Assembly: GCA_030265395.1 (NCBI GenBank)
Contig: JARFYF010000094.1
Coordinates: forward strand, 92,514,721-92,578,720
From: Rhina ancylostomus
Taxonomy: Eukaryota
Direction: 5' to 3'
Length of the DNA: 64,000 nucleotides
Of this stretch, positions 12,201-24,545 are shown piece after piece (position 1 is the first letter of the stretch; every line of letters starts with the position of its first letter). The notes beneath the pieces were generated by a model that saw only the letters and a list, made by a program, of their open reading frames with translations, ran no database searches and was not told the DNA's origin. The position numbers were made by a program, and so were the translations under genes.

Positions 12201-13389
12201 GTTACAATTATTTTAAAACCAGCAGTTAGAGACAAAAAAGATACACATCCAAACAGAAATTCACAGTCATATTTTCAAGGAAGATGGGCAATAAGTGCTG
12301 GCCTTAGCAGCAATATGTCCACAATGAACAAACCAAAACATAACAGCAAAGTAATTAATTACTCAGTGCACTCAAGTTCCTACTTAGATGAGATCCAAAT
12401 TGGAAGCAAACCTTTAGTCAAAGGAATGTGATGGAAACCACAGCTGTTTATAATAGGTTCTTCCTCCTATAAATATATTTTTAAAAAGTTGACTGCATAA
12501 AATATCCTATGAATAAATAACAGTGAAATAAAATATTCAGAAAGGAATAGGTCAATAAAAGAAAATAAAAATAATAAAGGTTTCTTATTCTCTGATCCTC
12601 TGGCAAGATTTACGTAAAAGTAGATCCTATGAATCTTATGACCAGATTGATTGTGTTAAAGGACCAATTTTTTGTAAAGGATTATGACTTCTCAGAGCAA
12701 TCTGTGGGACAATTTCCTTCATAAATTAAATACACAATACTATTTATAGCTTAACTTTACAACATTGAGTTTGCAGGCCTCAAGGGACATGAGTGTTCTT
12801 TTTAATCAAAGATGGTGGAATGCAGAAACATCATTGATTTATAAAACAATTGTAGACCATGTAACACAGGGGCCAATCTTGGGCCTGGCTCTCTCACCTT
12901 GCTACACTGAAAGAGTAAAGGATCTGAGTCCTCTCCTGCAGAAATTGCCAAATGCTATTTCTTCCATCTACCCAGCCTTCAAAATTCTTCAAAAATCAAC
13001 GCTTCTCTGACTCTCTAATCCCTTCACCCACCTTCACTCCACTGTAATTTGATCAGAGATGTTCTTTGTGTAATGTGCGATGTAATGCAAAGGAAGCCAA
13101 GTTGGGTAGGCCCTGAACAAGCATGGCAATCGCAAGGCCTGATTAGCCTAGGCCCAACAGTTCAGAAACAAGCAATTTTGTGCTGTGTGCTAATGGATGG
13201 TGTATGAAAATCAGTCCTAACTGCATNNNNNNNNNNTAGCAAATGGTTGAACACCTCGATGTGAGGCTGATGCTACAAGTGACTACTGCCAGCTAAAACT
13301 CTCCAGTCCTGTTTCAACTTATCTTGTGTCACTTTTAGGGGAGCTGGGCTGTGACTGCCAGGTACTGCCAGGGACATGAAGCCACTTTA

Positions 13390-14200
13390 ATGGCACAGCA
13401 AAGGAGAATGTGCTCTTCAAGAGTGTCTGAAGCTGCACTGGAAGTCTTTGTCAACAATTTAGAGAGGAGGGAAGTACTTTATCCACAGATAAACAGGAAA
13501 ATATCCTGCCATGTTCTTATAAGACAGCTGGCTCAGATACCTCAAAGGATCTGGATGTAGTGCACCAAAAAGTTCAATGACAACACACAAGTGGTCAATA
13601 CCAAATCTCACCAACTGCTCAGCTACTCACAGGAAATAGTCAATGCTCCAAATTCATCTTACTGACTTGCCATCAATCTTGGGACATTCCCCGGTTCAAT
13701 CGGTTAAACCCTACTGCAAGCGTCATACCCATATCTCCCAGCTACCACACACTGCCAGCTATTCAATAATGGCGGCAACATCATTGGAATGTCAGACAAA
13801 TTTCCATAATCTTACACATGGAGGAGACTATGCTCAACATCACTGGGGCAGCCACCGCCAAGGCTGTGGTCAGTGTCCGAGCTAATGGCATCCTCATACT
13901 TAATTCTCCTTTAAAATCCCACATCTTCCACAAACCACAACTTCTGATTTATTAGATGCAGATGGTGTAAGCATACATACTGCCCATCATCTATACCATT
14001 CACCACAACATTATCTTTCTTCTTTCCAAAAGCCAAAAACTGCAATGTGACCAGAAGATGGTGAAAATAAATCAGCTGGAAGAAGACAATAGAAGATGTA
14101 GACAAGTCATCACTTGGTTGGACACTGTCAGACTCCAGCTTAAGTACCAATAAAGTGCCTGTGAAGTGGGGTAGAATCGAGCACAAACCTCTGCTGCCCG
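13390..14200 (+). mobile_element. Decayed PIF/Harbinger Myb/SANT-like DNA-binding ORF remnant
   Basis: MAQQRRMCSSRVSEAALEVFVNNLERREVLYP...RIWM*CTKKFND fits the Myb/SANT-like (NAIF1/MSANTD-type) pattern 'RAPRFSxxxLExLV...RTxxQCRKKFNDL'; downstream 'MEETMLNITGAATAKAV' and an acidic tract. Confidence 0.7.
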
Positions 14201-14339
14201 TGTGTGTGTGGATGTTGCGCACCAGAGTCATGACCTACATCATCACCCAACAGTGTCCCAATGATTTACCACAATGGGTCAAATACTGAGTTCATAGTAG
14301 ACTGCTTCAAAATAAAGGTAGAATGATTTATTCCAGGAC

Positions 14340-14605
14340 ATTGGGTGATTCACTACCCATGGTCAGAACCAAATATTGAGAGGGTTAGTTAGGAGTTATG
14401 AAACACTTCCTCGCAAAATGTTAAGTATAGCATGGCACTTTCTGCCATTAAATCAGTGGATACTAGACAGTTCAACTAATAAACTGAAATCTTAGATTGA
14501 TAGATTTTTATTAGCTAATATATGAAGGAAAACAGAAAGAATGTTAGCAGTCTGTTCTGAATAGAAGATGCTCAAATCCTAGACATTTCCCTGAGTTCTT
14601 AAATA
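14340..14605 (+). mobile_element. Very old CR1 3' fragment
   Basis: 'cttagattgatagatttttattagctaa' and 'tctgttctgaatagaagatgctcaa' resemble the CR1 3' UTR. Confidence 0.45.
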
Positions 14606-14689
14606 AACTATCAAGATTGTATAACATGGTCAACAGGAGTAATTAGAAGAAAGATGTCTGAATTTCATACAACTGCCCAGTTGTCACAG

Positions 14690-16330
14690 GAGATAACCTG
14701 CATGTTTTGGATCAACTTGCCATTGGCCTTTCTGTACAAATTCTCAATTGTTCTGTTACCCCTGCAATCTCCAAGATCAAATTTGTGACATATCTGTCAT
14801 CATCAGAGTCAGTCCCATTTAGACCTTTTTTTTAAATGTGCAAATGAACAAAATCAATTCCAAACTCCTTTATTAGACTATACTCAGATACTCCTTTCAG
14901 ATCTTATATACCTCTACCAGACCTTCCCCTAAACTCTCCAGTTCCATTGAAGGTCACCCCAATTTCTCCAGCCTATCCACTTAGCTGAAGTCCCCCACTC
15001 CAGAATCAGTTTGGCAATCTCTTTTGCACCTTCTCCAAAGCTTTCACATTATTTCTAAAATTTGGTTCCCAGAATCATTCATAATATGCTGGTTGTGGCT
15101 AAAACAATATTTATTAATGTACATGACTTACTTGGTCTCGTACTCCATGCCTCTAATTATAAAGCCTGGGACTTCATATGCCTTTTCAACCACTTTCCCA
15201 ACCTGCTGAACCTTTCAGTGAACTATATACATATACACCCCAGATCTTCCTGTTCTTGCATCCCATTTAGAATACCCTCATTGTTATATAGCATCTTCTC
15301 ATTCTTCCTACCAAAATACAACAGTTTATATTTCCAAACGTTAATTTTCACCTGTCACCAGGCTTCCCATTCCGTATCTTATCTATGTCTCCTTAAAATC
15401 TATCACTATCTTCCTCACAATTCACTATGCCTCCAGGTTTAATATTATCTGCAGGTTTGGAAATTATGCCCTATACATCCAAATTTAAATCATAAGAATG
15501 CCAGCATCCTATTAACCAATCCTGGGGAGTCCACTGTATGCTTCACTCTATGTCTTGCTACTAAAGGATTTTTTTTTATCTGTGTTGCAACAGTCCTTTT
15601 TTGTCCCAACCTTGATGACAAACTTTATAAAATGCTTTCTGAAATCAATATACACCACGTCAGCTGCAGTTCCCTCAGTGACCTCTTTTAATTCATCAAA
15701 AAGAAACTATCTAGTTTGATATGATTTGCTTCGAAAAAATTCATTCAGGCTTCCCTTAATCAATCCACTTTAATTCCACTCCTGATCATAGTTTCTAGAA
15801 TTTTTCCCACCACCAAGATTCAAGTGACTGGCCTGTTATTGTTAATGGATTTATTCTTATATCTTCTATTGAACACATTGGCTATATTCCAGTCCTCAGG
15901 CACCCCTTTACCCTATAGTTGTTTGGAAGATGAAGGCCAGGGTCTCTGCAATTTCCTGTTTCAATTCCCTCAGCTACCAAGGATGCATCCCATCTGGGCC
16001 AGGTGATTTATCTAAAAGTGCAGTTGGCCTAACTAGTACACCCTCCTAATCAATAATTAGCCCACTGAGAGTCAAAATTTTGTCTTCCTTTTCTCAGACT
16101 CCAGCAGGATCTTCTTCCTTAGGGAAGACTAATATAAATGATTCATTTAGTACCTAAACCCTGCCCCTTCCCTCCAGGAGTAACCTTTCTTTTTGTCTCT
16201 CCTGTTCACATGCCTAGTACAATATCTTTAGTTTCCTTTTATGTTTGTTGCCGATCTTTTCTCATGCTGCCTCTCTGTCCCTCCTTCTTCCTTCTTTATT
16301 TTCCCTCTGAACTTCCCATTATCAGCCTAG
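14690..16330 (-). mobile_element. Old CR1 LINE RT region on the minus strand
   Basis: Reverse-strand CR1 motifs 'ctcttttgcaccttctccaaagctttcac', 'ttaatattatctgcaggtttgg' (KFADD-like), 'aatgctttctgaaatcaatatacaccac' (VYxDFxKAF), 'gtgactggcctgtt', 'ccatctgggccaggtga' (SPGPDG). Confidence 0.85.
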
Positions 16331-17939
16331 CTCTCACTCATGATAAAAAACAAATCTGCTTATTTTGGGTGCCTAACAATGTCCAGTTGTACTCAGTTTG
16401 AGCCCAGCATGCCAATCATTGGTAGAAGCTATTAACGACGTGCAAACCATAGTCAATGTTGCCTGTGAGTTAAATAGATGTAGAACGCTTCAGAATCAAG
16501 AAGGTTTATGAAACTAAGGCAGAGATGAGGAGATTTACCACACTGCGGTTTCAATACTAAAGGTGATTCCCCCACCCCCCCCCTCCACCACGTTACAGAA
16601 GAAGGGACAGAAGTTGCATTCCTAGAAAGCAGCCTGTACTGCAATTTTCCATAATGCAATGCCATGTTATCTGCACATGCGTCAAGAAACGCGAGTCAAA
16701 GAAAAACATTTGTGTTGATTTATTTACTTCTTTTCACATAAAGTGAGAGAGAATTTTAATCCATAGCTCATCTTTTTGGTTAGTGATTTGTGAATTCTGT
16801 AAGGGCGGATTTCTGTAGCCCAAACGGCCAGAACACTGGGGCTCGCCTGTATTTAAAATTTATTGCATTTACATTGTTTCAAATGTAGACATTTCAAAAA
16901 GAAGAGATGAGAGGTCACAAATACAAGAAAAACCTTCTTTTTCCTCAGAATAAATTATTGTCTTTCTCCTTCCATCACTACTCTCAGCTTCATTCCTGTA
17001 TCATATCTGACTGCTATTCCTATCTCTTTCCATCAAGAAAGGGTCAATCGTCAGCAAAGTGGTGGACTCTCCCTAGCAGTTGGTTAAAATGCAAAGAAAC
17101 ACACAGCTCTGGATCCTTGCAGTAAGTTAATTAACAGTAGTTGTGATTAATAATCAGTCTCGTTTATTAGTAAATTTCTGCCTGCGATGGCTGTGTGACA
17201 GAACAAAAGCCTTCAGAGAGAAGGCAGCTATATTTATCCTGATTGTGTTTTGGGAATTTTAACATGTTTTGTGCGGGTCTGACAAATGGGCTATTAATTA
17301 TCTAATGCTGTCTGACAAGAGGCAGTTGATAAAGATGTATGTTGTTGAATCAGAGGATGAAAACTGTAGGAGAGGAACCCCACAGGGAAAGATCTATCCA
17401 AGTCTGGGATGCTGGCCACAAAGGCATCAGCAACCAGTCTGTTTTGGCTTGTGTCACTGGCTCTAGTAATGAAATATGGTGTGACATTGAGGACATATTT
17501 TGAAAATTTGTTCTGTAAATTCTGATTAGCAAAAAGTAAAGTGGGCCTTCACTAAATTGGGGTTAAGCCATAATCAATAACATGCATGGAGCATCTGGCC
17601 TACTTTGCATAGCTGTGGGTGAAAATGGCAGTTCATTATCATTAATGATTCTCTAAGCAGGAGTAGCAAATGCCAAGACATTTTCACTTCCCCATCTCTT
17701 TATTTNNNNNNNNNNNNNNNNNNNNNNNNNNNNNNNNNNNNNNNNNNNNNNNNNNNNNNNNNNNNNTCCTGTGCTGCATCCTAACAATTCAAGCTAAGTT
17801 TACATTAGTACTAATTGTACAGCAAACCAATTCAACAGTCATTTGCAAATATAGTTACCTTTCATTTAATTATTAATAAAATGTCCAAATCTTTACTTAT
17901 TGTGATAGTTTTAAATTTCTAGAATGATTTCTAGAATGA

Positions 17940-18197
17940 GGTGGCACGGTAGTGTAGCGGTTAGTGCAACGCTATCACAGGGCCAGCAATCGGGGTTCGA
18001 TTCCCGTCGCTGTCTGTAAGGAGTTTGTACGTTCTCCCATGTCTGTGTGGGTTTCCTCTGGGAGCTCCGGTTTCCTCCCACAATCTAAAGACGGATGGGT
18101 AGGTTAATTTGGGGTTTAAAATGGGCGGCGTGGACTCATTTGGCCAGATGTCCTGTTATCACGCTGTAAATAAAATTTTAAAAATTTAAATTTAAAA
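17940..18197 (+). mobile_element. Full-length V-SINE (HE1-like) with CR1-type tail
   Basis: A-box-like GGCACGGTAGTGTAGCGG, B box GGTTCGATTCCC, V-core 'gagtttgtacgttctccc...gtgggtttcctctgggagctccggtttcctcccaca', tail 'tggccagatgtcctgttatcacgctgtaaataaa' plus AT-rich repeat. Confidence 0.92.
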
Positions 18198-19734
18198 ACT
18201 TATTTCAACATGTAAACCAGATGATCAATGGCTTAAAGAATTGATATTAATCTATATTTTCATGGTTTTATTGATACATTCCTGTTTCCTCATCCTAAAT
18301 TTGTTTGGTGCTCTTAGGGTTGTGGAGCACCATTGTACTACACCATTAAGTATTAGAGCACCAGACACACAGCCAAAGGAAAGTATTCTTTAAGGTGACG
18401 TGTAAAGAGGATGTTTACACTTAGGGATTAAGTCAACTGCAATCTGATTATAGATCCTTCTAATGTCAGGATGATCTATTCATGAGTAAAGACTTTGGTG
18501 CTGATTGCTTACCAGGCCTCTCAGTAGGGTAGCAAGTTGATCAAGAGAGAGTCAGAAACTTTTACTTTTCTACAAATCATCCAGTGTCCCAAATGCTTGT
18601 TCCAGTAGACATGATATATTTCATTGTATTAAAATATAAGTACTATGTAACCACACATGTGGTGACCTCAGGAAATAATGTTTTCCTGCAACTATTTTGT
18701 AATTTTAAGTAAACAAAATACATACAAATCAAAACAGAAATATTAAAGTGGCTTCAAACTTCTGTCTAGATAATATTGTAAATTATTGCCATCACATCTT
18801 TTATTACAAACCTGCCCAGTAGCTTGTTTTCATTCATGCTCATTCACTTAATTGCTGCTTTAATAGCTACATTCCTCCAATGTACTTTGCCACATGGCAC
18901 AGTAGTTGTGGCTCACAGTGTGCTCTGAATTGTACAGATCAATTGATAAGCAAAGGGTCACTTCAACTGTTAGACTGGATAGTTGATTCCAGACAAACCA
19001 TCTCTCCTGCTCATGAAAGTTTCCCAAACTTTTTTTTAAAAGAAGTGAATTTCTAGCCATTTAGCGACATTTTAGGGAGAGCAAACAGGTGCCATGAGCT
19101 GCCACAAGGCTCTTGTCTTGATAATCAGACTTCCACATTAGTACTTTTATATAATTCTTTCAACTATCTCTGTGCATGCACAACCTAACAGTCATAGCCA
19201 CAAGAGATAGTGTTTGTTACAGATGTGCTTGGCTGCATTCTGTCGTTCTTCTAAAGGTACAGTACACACACACACACACCCCTCACATTTCTAACTAATC
19301 CAAACAGACATAGAAATTGCAATGTTAGACACAACTCCATCTGATCCAAGGACACATCTTAAATTCTCAAACAAGCTATGAAGTATTCTCCAGTTCCTTG
19401 CTTTGAACAATTTGTTGCTAACTGTTGTTCCTAACTATAGGTTCTTCCCAGATTACCACAAGGTTCCATTCCTCAGAATTGTTCATAATCTAAACAGTTT
19501 TCAAGGCATATATGCGGCTGCCCGCTCATATATTTAAATAAAAACATAGGCCAACCAAGGGCCACATGTAGTTAAACCAGGGTGTTTAACTCGGCCATTC
19601 AGATACTGCTGCGAACTGAGTTCCCATATGGCAGATGATGCCTGCAGCCCAGCAGTAGCCAGCAAATCCTCCCCACCATTCTCCCAACCGCTGTTTCAAG
19701 TGTACAGGCTGTACGTAAGCTGGGCGTTCATTAC

Positions 19735-19940
19735 CTGAGGAGGACCTGTTCATGATCTCAAATTCCTTCAATGGATCAGTGCATAGAGTCACATAGGATC
19801 ACCTATCTCATGTTGTACATCTTCTGCTTTTATTTTAACTTCGCGATTTTATCTGACTCAATTGAACTCAAGTTTACTGTGTGCAATCCTGAATTCTGAG
19901 GAGAAGGAATCCTTTCAGCCAATTGTCTCCATAAAATATT
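19735..19940 (-). other. Candidate exon of an unidentified gene
   Basis: Minus-strand acceptor 'tttatctttgatactttccag|' and donor 'CAG|gtaatg'; phase-0 frame reads NILWRQLAERIPSPQNSGLHTVNLSSIESDKIAKLK*. Confidence 0.3.
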
Positions 19941-20879
19941 CTGGAAAGTATCAAAGATAAATCATTACTGAGAAAATAACTATTATTTTTTTGTGACCAA
20001 CTTTCTTGGGTCCCCTTCTCTGCCAGGAGTAGCATTTAGTAACAGGAATGCTCCCATTGAGTGCTGGCAACCTCCTCATGGCCAAACAGGCATGATTCAT
20101 GGTTGAAAGTGTGTATCCTCAGGAGAGGGGCAGAGCAAGTGCAGAGGGTTTGGTGGGAGTGGGGGATGCACTGCAGACGAGCTTCACCCTATTCTCATTT
20201 GAAGCTCTTGAAGCAGGAATTCAGTTCATAGCTGCCACTGGTGGGGTAATAGAAATTGAATTGTTTCAGAAGAGAGAGTAACAACAGAACTGTAGGCTTG
20301 GAATAGGTTTAAAGAGAGCCTAGATCAGATTACACACATAGCTCATCAATTCACTAGAAAAACGTAGCGTGCTATTGGGGGAGTGAATTGTCTGTTTGTT
20401 TAGCTGAAAACTCTACTCAAGCTGGAAAAATAAGGAGGATTAATGTTTCCAGTACCATCATGGCATCAATCCAAGCTAAAAAAGATATTTCTTTCAATAT
20501 TTGAAATACTATTAATAACTATATGTGTCGCATTCAGTAGCAAGATCTGATAAGTACATCAACCAATAAGTTATAGTCAGGTCTAATGACTGGAGGTATT
20601 TATCATATCTCAGCAAAAGCCATGACATTTTCTATTTTTAACCACACATTTAAAATATTATTTTATAAAATAGATGCAATTTTGCCAAATTCTGAAACAA
20701 ATGCCAAGTGTCTTCAACAGATGCCAGGCTACCTGTGGTGTAAAAATCAGTGTGTTTATATAAAATCACTCATTTGATAAAAAGGAATTCTCTACTTATA
20801 AAGAAACTCAGCTGGCGCCAATTCAATCCACCTGCCATAAAACAGCAAAAAATAAGGCATATAATTTGTCTGTTATAAT

Positions 20880-21835
20880 CTTTACCACTTCAGTCTTTTG
20901 ATTAGTGATTTGATGAGCATCTCTTTATTTGCCTAAGCTCTAAGATCTGGAACTCCCTTCTTCTACCCCACCATTTCACTATATTTTTTTCCTCCTTCTG
21001 CATGGTCCTTAAAAGCATTATGCTAAGATTTTGATCACCATTTGAATAACAAGAGCATCCATTTTGGTTATGGGATTGCTGATGAAAATTTCAAGATGAC
21101 CTGAGACTAAGTGGGTTAAACTTCTCCAAAGTGGTGACTGTGCACTTTGGGTCCAAGGTTACGATGAGTAGGGAGATGGGGTGTGGGGAAGAGGGGGCCA
21201 GCAGTGCAGACTCTACTGGGCCTAGAAAGAAGTCAGTTGGGTAGCATATGTCTGACAAAGAATTGGACGTTGAGGACCTAGGGCTCAGGTCTATTGTTAG
21301 AGGACACAAGGAGAGGTCAGAGGCTGGAGGAATTAGGGCTGAGGTTAGAGGTTGGTTTCATGTGGTCAGGAAGGGGGTGGGGGGGGTGGCAGATCCTGAA
21401 TGACCAAATGTGAGCAAAGAACTTACCTTTCAGGAGTCCCACTCCAGTGCTGCATCAGTAAATCCTAATTGTTTCAGGAGTGCTAATGGCACATGATCCC
21501 AGGAAAACTTGGTCAAATTTACATGCACTGAAGGGGAATGATGTCATCCTACATACAACTGACGTGGAACCTGCACCAGGTGAACAAAGGTGAAGCATTT
21601 TAGGGACAGCTCAGTCAAATATCTGGACTGGTGCAAAACAACTCAGAAATCATTGCTACAGCACTTCACTCATGCTTAATTCTGAATCATAGAACACTGG
21701 AAAAGTAATGTTATGGGATTGCACTTCTAGACTGACATGTTTTGGTACTTATTGCCTATTTTGTTTGCTTATTCTCTGAAGTTCCATGGGACACTTTACT
21801 CTGTCAGACTGTATAAAGGCAAGTTGTTATTCTTG
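20880..21835 (+). mobile_element. L2 3' fragment split by a G-rich insert (about 21060-21690)
   Basis: 'gcctaagctctaagatctggaactccct...ccttaaaagc...ttttgatcacc' and later tail 'gaagttccatgggacactttactctg...tataaaggcaagttgttatt'. Confidence 0.5.
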
Positions 21836-23594
21836 TCCTGACCATGCAAATAGCTCCTTACAAAGACTGGATGTAGCTTAAGTGCTTGATGTGAATTTAG
21901 GTACAAAATTATGTTCCTCAACCAGTTTTCAGCTGTTTACAAGGTGAGCTGTGCAAAATACTATAAAACCCCTGTGATTAAATGGATTGCCTGTATCCTG
22001 CATAGATGCAGGTTACCAGAATACCATTTTATGAAGGGATTGGCATTCTTGGTGAAAATTCAGGGGGTTATACTTGAGATTTTTTTCAGAAACAATTATT
22101 GCTCTTCTGTGTTTCATGTATAGAAGTGGATCCCAAGACGGACATTTAAGGTGAAGTACTAATTGCAGCTGGCCATATTTGTTTCGATTCCAGGGTGAGA
22201 TTTGTGCCACTGCCTTCTCGAGACCAGCCCATTCCACACTGAACCATATCTAACCATCTACTCTAATAACCTGCTGAAATCAATTTTGCAAACTCTACCC
22301 CTCACTTGGATTGTCATGGTATTAAACAACCATATTGACAACATAAATCAAGTTATAGTAGTGTGAATAAGGACTTTCACAGCAAAATAATCTCGCCTTC
22401 CCAGATTCTAGCATCTCATCAAACCATCTGTGACACTGCCCATAAAGACAATAGGATAATTGGAACTACCCGAGGAAAGCTTTAAGGCATTTTCTTCCCA
22501 GCAATAATATTGATAGAGCTATGTGTTTAATTCTAATTGATTTATTAGCTGCTTAAGCAAGTCCGAGGAATAGCAATGGCAGACTTAGACTTAAAGCAAA
22601 TGATTTNNNNNNNNNNNNNNNNNNNNNNNNNNNNNNNNNNNNNNNNNNNNNNNNNNNNNNNNNNNNNNNNNNNNNNNNNNNNNNNNNNNNNNNNNNNNNN
22701 NNNNNNTGATTTACAAGATAATGTTTGACTCTTGCACAGGGTAATCAGATCCAGACAATGGATGATAGGGTAATTGAGAAGAAATAAAAGAGGATAAATT
22801 GCAGGCTGCTAATGAGTTTACAGGGCCTAATGGGGAGGACATCAGTTTTAACAGTGGGGTTACTAGCTAGGTCTAAGGGTTTTTGTTTGCTGAATGCAGT
22901 GCTGGTGAAAATGAAGATTTATAATATCAATACCATTTAAATACATCTTCATTTTGTTCATACCTGCATTATATTCTAGTAGTTAATGTGAGTATTTTCT
23001 GAGTTCCTTCCTTTAAAAGAACACTCCCACATTAGGAAAATCTGCACATGTCATTACACTTAGTATTAAAAGAATGTTTCCGAAGTTACTCAATACTTGC
23101 TAAGTGGGACATTCTTCAAACTCACCTAAATTAACTTTTCACTGGTCAAAAACAGCCACTTGAACTTTAACCAAAAGAAATCAATTGTTAAAAGGAATAT
23201 AAAGTGCACCACTATTATAGTGAAGGAGCTTATCACTGTAATAACCTGAAGCTTCAGCAAGATACAGAGGATTAGCTGCAACAGGGAATATAAAGAAACA
23301 ATGAAAGATAGAAGTAATTGCAAGCTAGTGACCTGCTTTATTTTCCAGCCTCACCTTTTCCCAATACTATGGAATGCAGTGCCTGAGGTCCTGATATATA
23401 TAAAACATAACCAACAAATTGCAACTTACTGTGCTTTCAGGAACCACTGGGTGTTAAAGTTGTAACATCACTTATCAAATTCCTAAATCATGAAAATCTA
23501 TGATTGCACCTCCAGTTAACAGCATAACTGCCAGTCTAGTGCTAAGATAGGTTTAAAATATGTTCATTTTCAACTAGTTGTTTTTAAAGAAAGA

Positions 23595-24545
23595 GGGACC
23601 TTGTATTACACTTCTTATGGCCTCAGGATGTTCTACAGTCTTTCACAAGCTATGAAATAATTCTTGAATGTAGTCAGTGTTGAAGTGTAAGAAACACAGC
23701 AACCAATTTGCACAGAGCAAGCTGCTACAAATGACAAANNNNNNNNNNNNNNNNNNNNNNNNNNNNNNNNNNNNNNNNNNNNNNNNNNNNNNNNNNNNNN
23801 NNNNNNNNNNNNNNNNNNNNNNNNNNNNNNNNNNNNNNTGACAAATGTTAATAATTTGATGACGTTTTAAGTGTTTGCTGGTTGAGAGGATGGTATCTGG
23901 ACTCAAAGAGTTAAATTACAAGGTTTGACTACAAAAACGCTTGCATTTGTTTGAAGTTTTCAAGACATTAATAGGTATAATTGATGGGATAGTAAGAAAT
24001 TATTTTTGCTGATTGGAGCAGGGGAGAGGTGGAGATGATGGTGGGGCTGGTGTGGTTGTGATTGAAAATATTGATTAAAAATTAGAGCTGGGCCTCTCAA
24101 GATTGAGGTTAGGAAACAAGCAGAGGCAAAAGATATCTTCAACTCTCATCCACAAGTGAAGATAGCCAGATTTTTGTGAATCAAAGTTAAATTTAACTTG
24201 GGAAATGGCAAAATATGGAGCTAGGTTAGAGATTAGGCACGATCATTTTGAATGGTTGAACCGGCTCAAGTGCCTAAACACCTTACTCCTGTTCCTGCAC
24301 TAATATGTTTGTGTCCTATAAATATTGGCAATGACAAAAAGGTGAGATTTGAGCTCATCTTTAAGTAGGGCTTGAGTTGATTAACACAAACCTGGGAGAT
24401 CTTTAGCATCTTTAGTGCAGGATGGCACCTTCAACAGCGTAACACTTGTGTAAACTGTGCTGTCGTGTTGGCCTTGATTTTGTATACAAGATCCTGGAAT
24501 GGGGCTTGAACCCTGAAGGGAGACAAGGCTGCTACCACACAAACC
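23595..24545 (-). mobile_element. DeuSINE-like SINE in two pieces flanking a gap and a plus-strand CR1 3' fragment (about 24050-24310)
   Basis: 'cctcaggatgttctacagtctttcaca...gtagtcagtgttgaagtgtaagaaacacagcaaccaatttgcacagagcaag' and 'gatggcaccttcaacag...ggaatggggcttgaaccc'; CR1 tail 'gctcaagtgcctaaacaccttactcctgttcct'. Confidence 0.6.

Larger units (their letters stand above)
9930..12340 (+). mobile_element. Old CR1/L2-group LINE 3' region, split into three pieces (about 9930-10113, 11580-11870, 12270-12340)
   Basis: 'aaagcacaagtcaggagcataatgtaatacact...ctggatgg' (KAQVRSxMEY-like), resumes as 'cactgcagcaactcactcaggcttctt...catcctgacttgga', and ends with tail 'gatgggcaataagtgctggccttagcagc...aatgaacaaa'. 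Confidence 0.65.

Noticed and set aside
17940-18010. tRNA-like A/B boxes (also at 51380-51450)
   Set aside because: SINE heads followed by a V-core, not a tRNA cloverleaf.
21421-21530. Consensus minus-strand donor AG|GTAAGT as a host-gene exon
   Set aside because: Lies within a G-rich insert interrupting an L2; no convincing reading frame.
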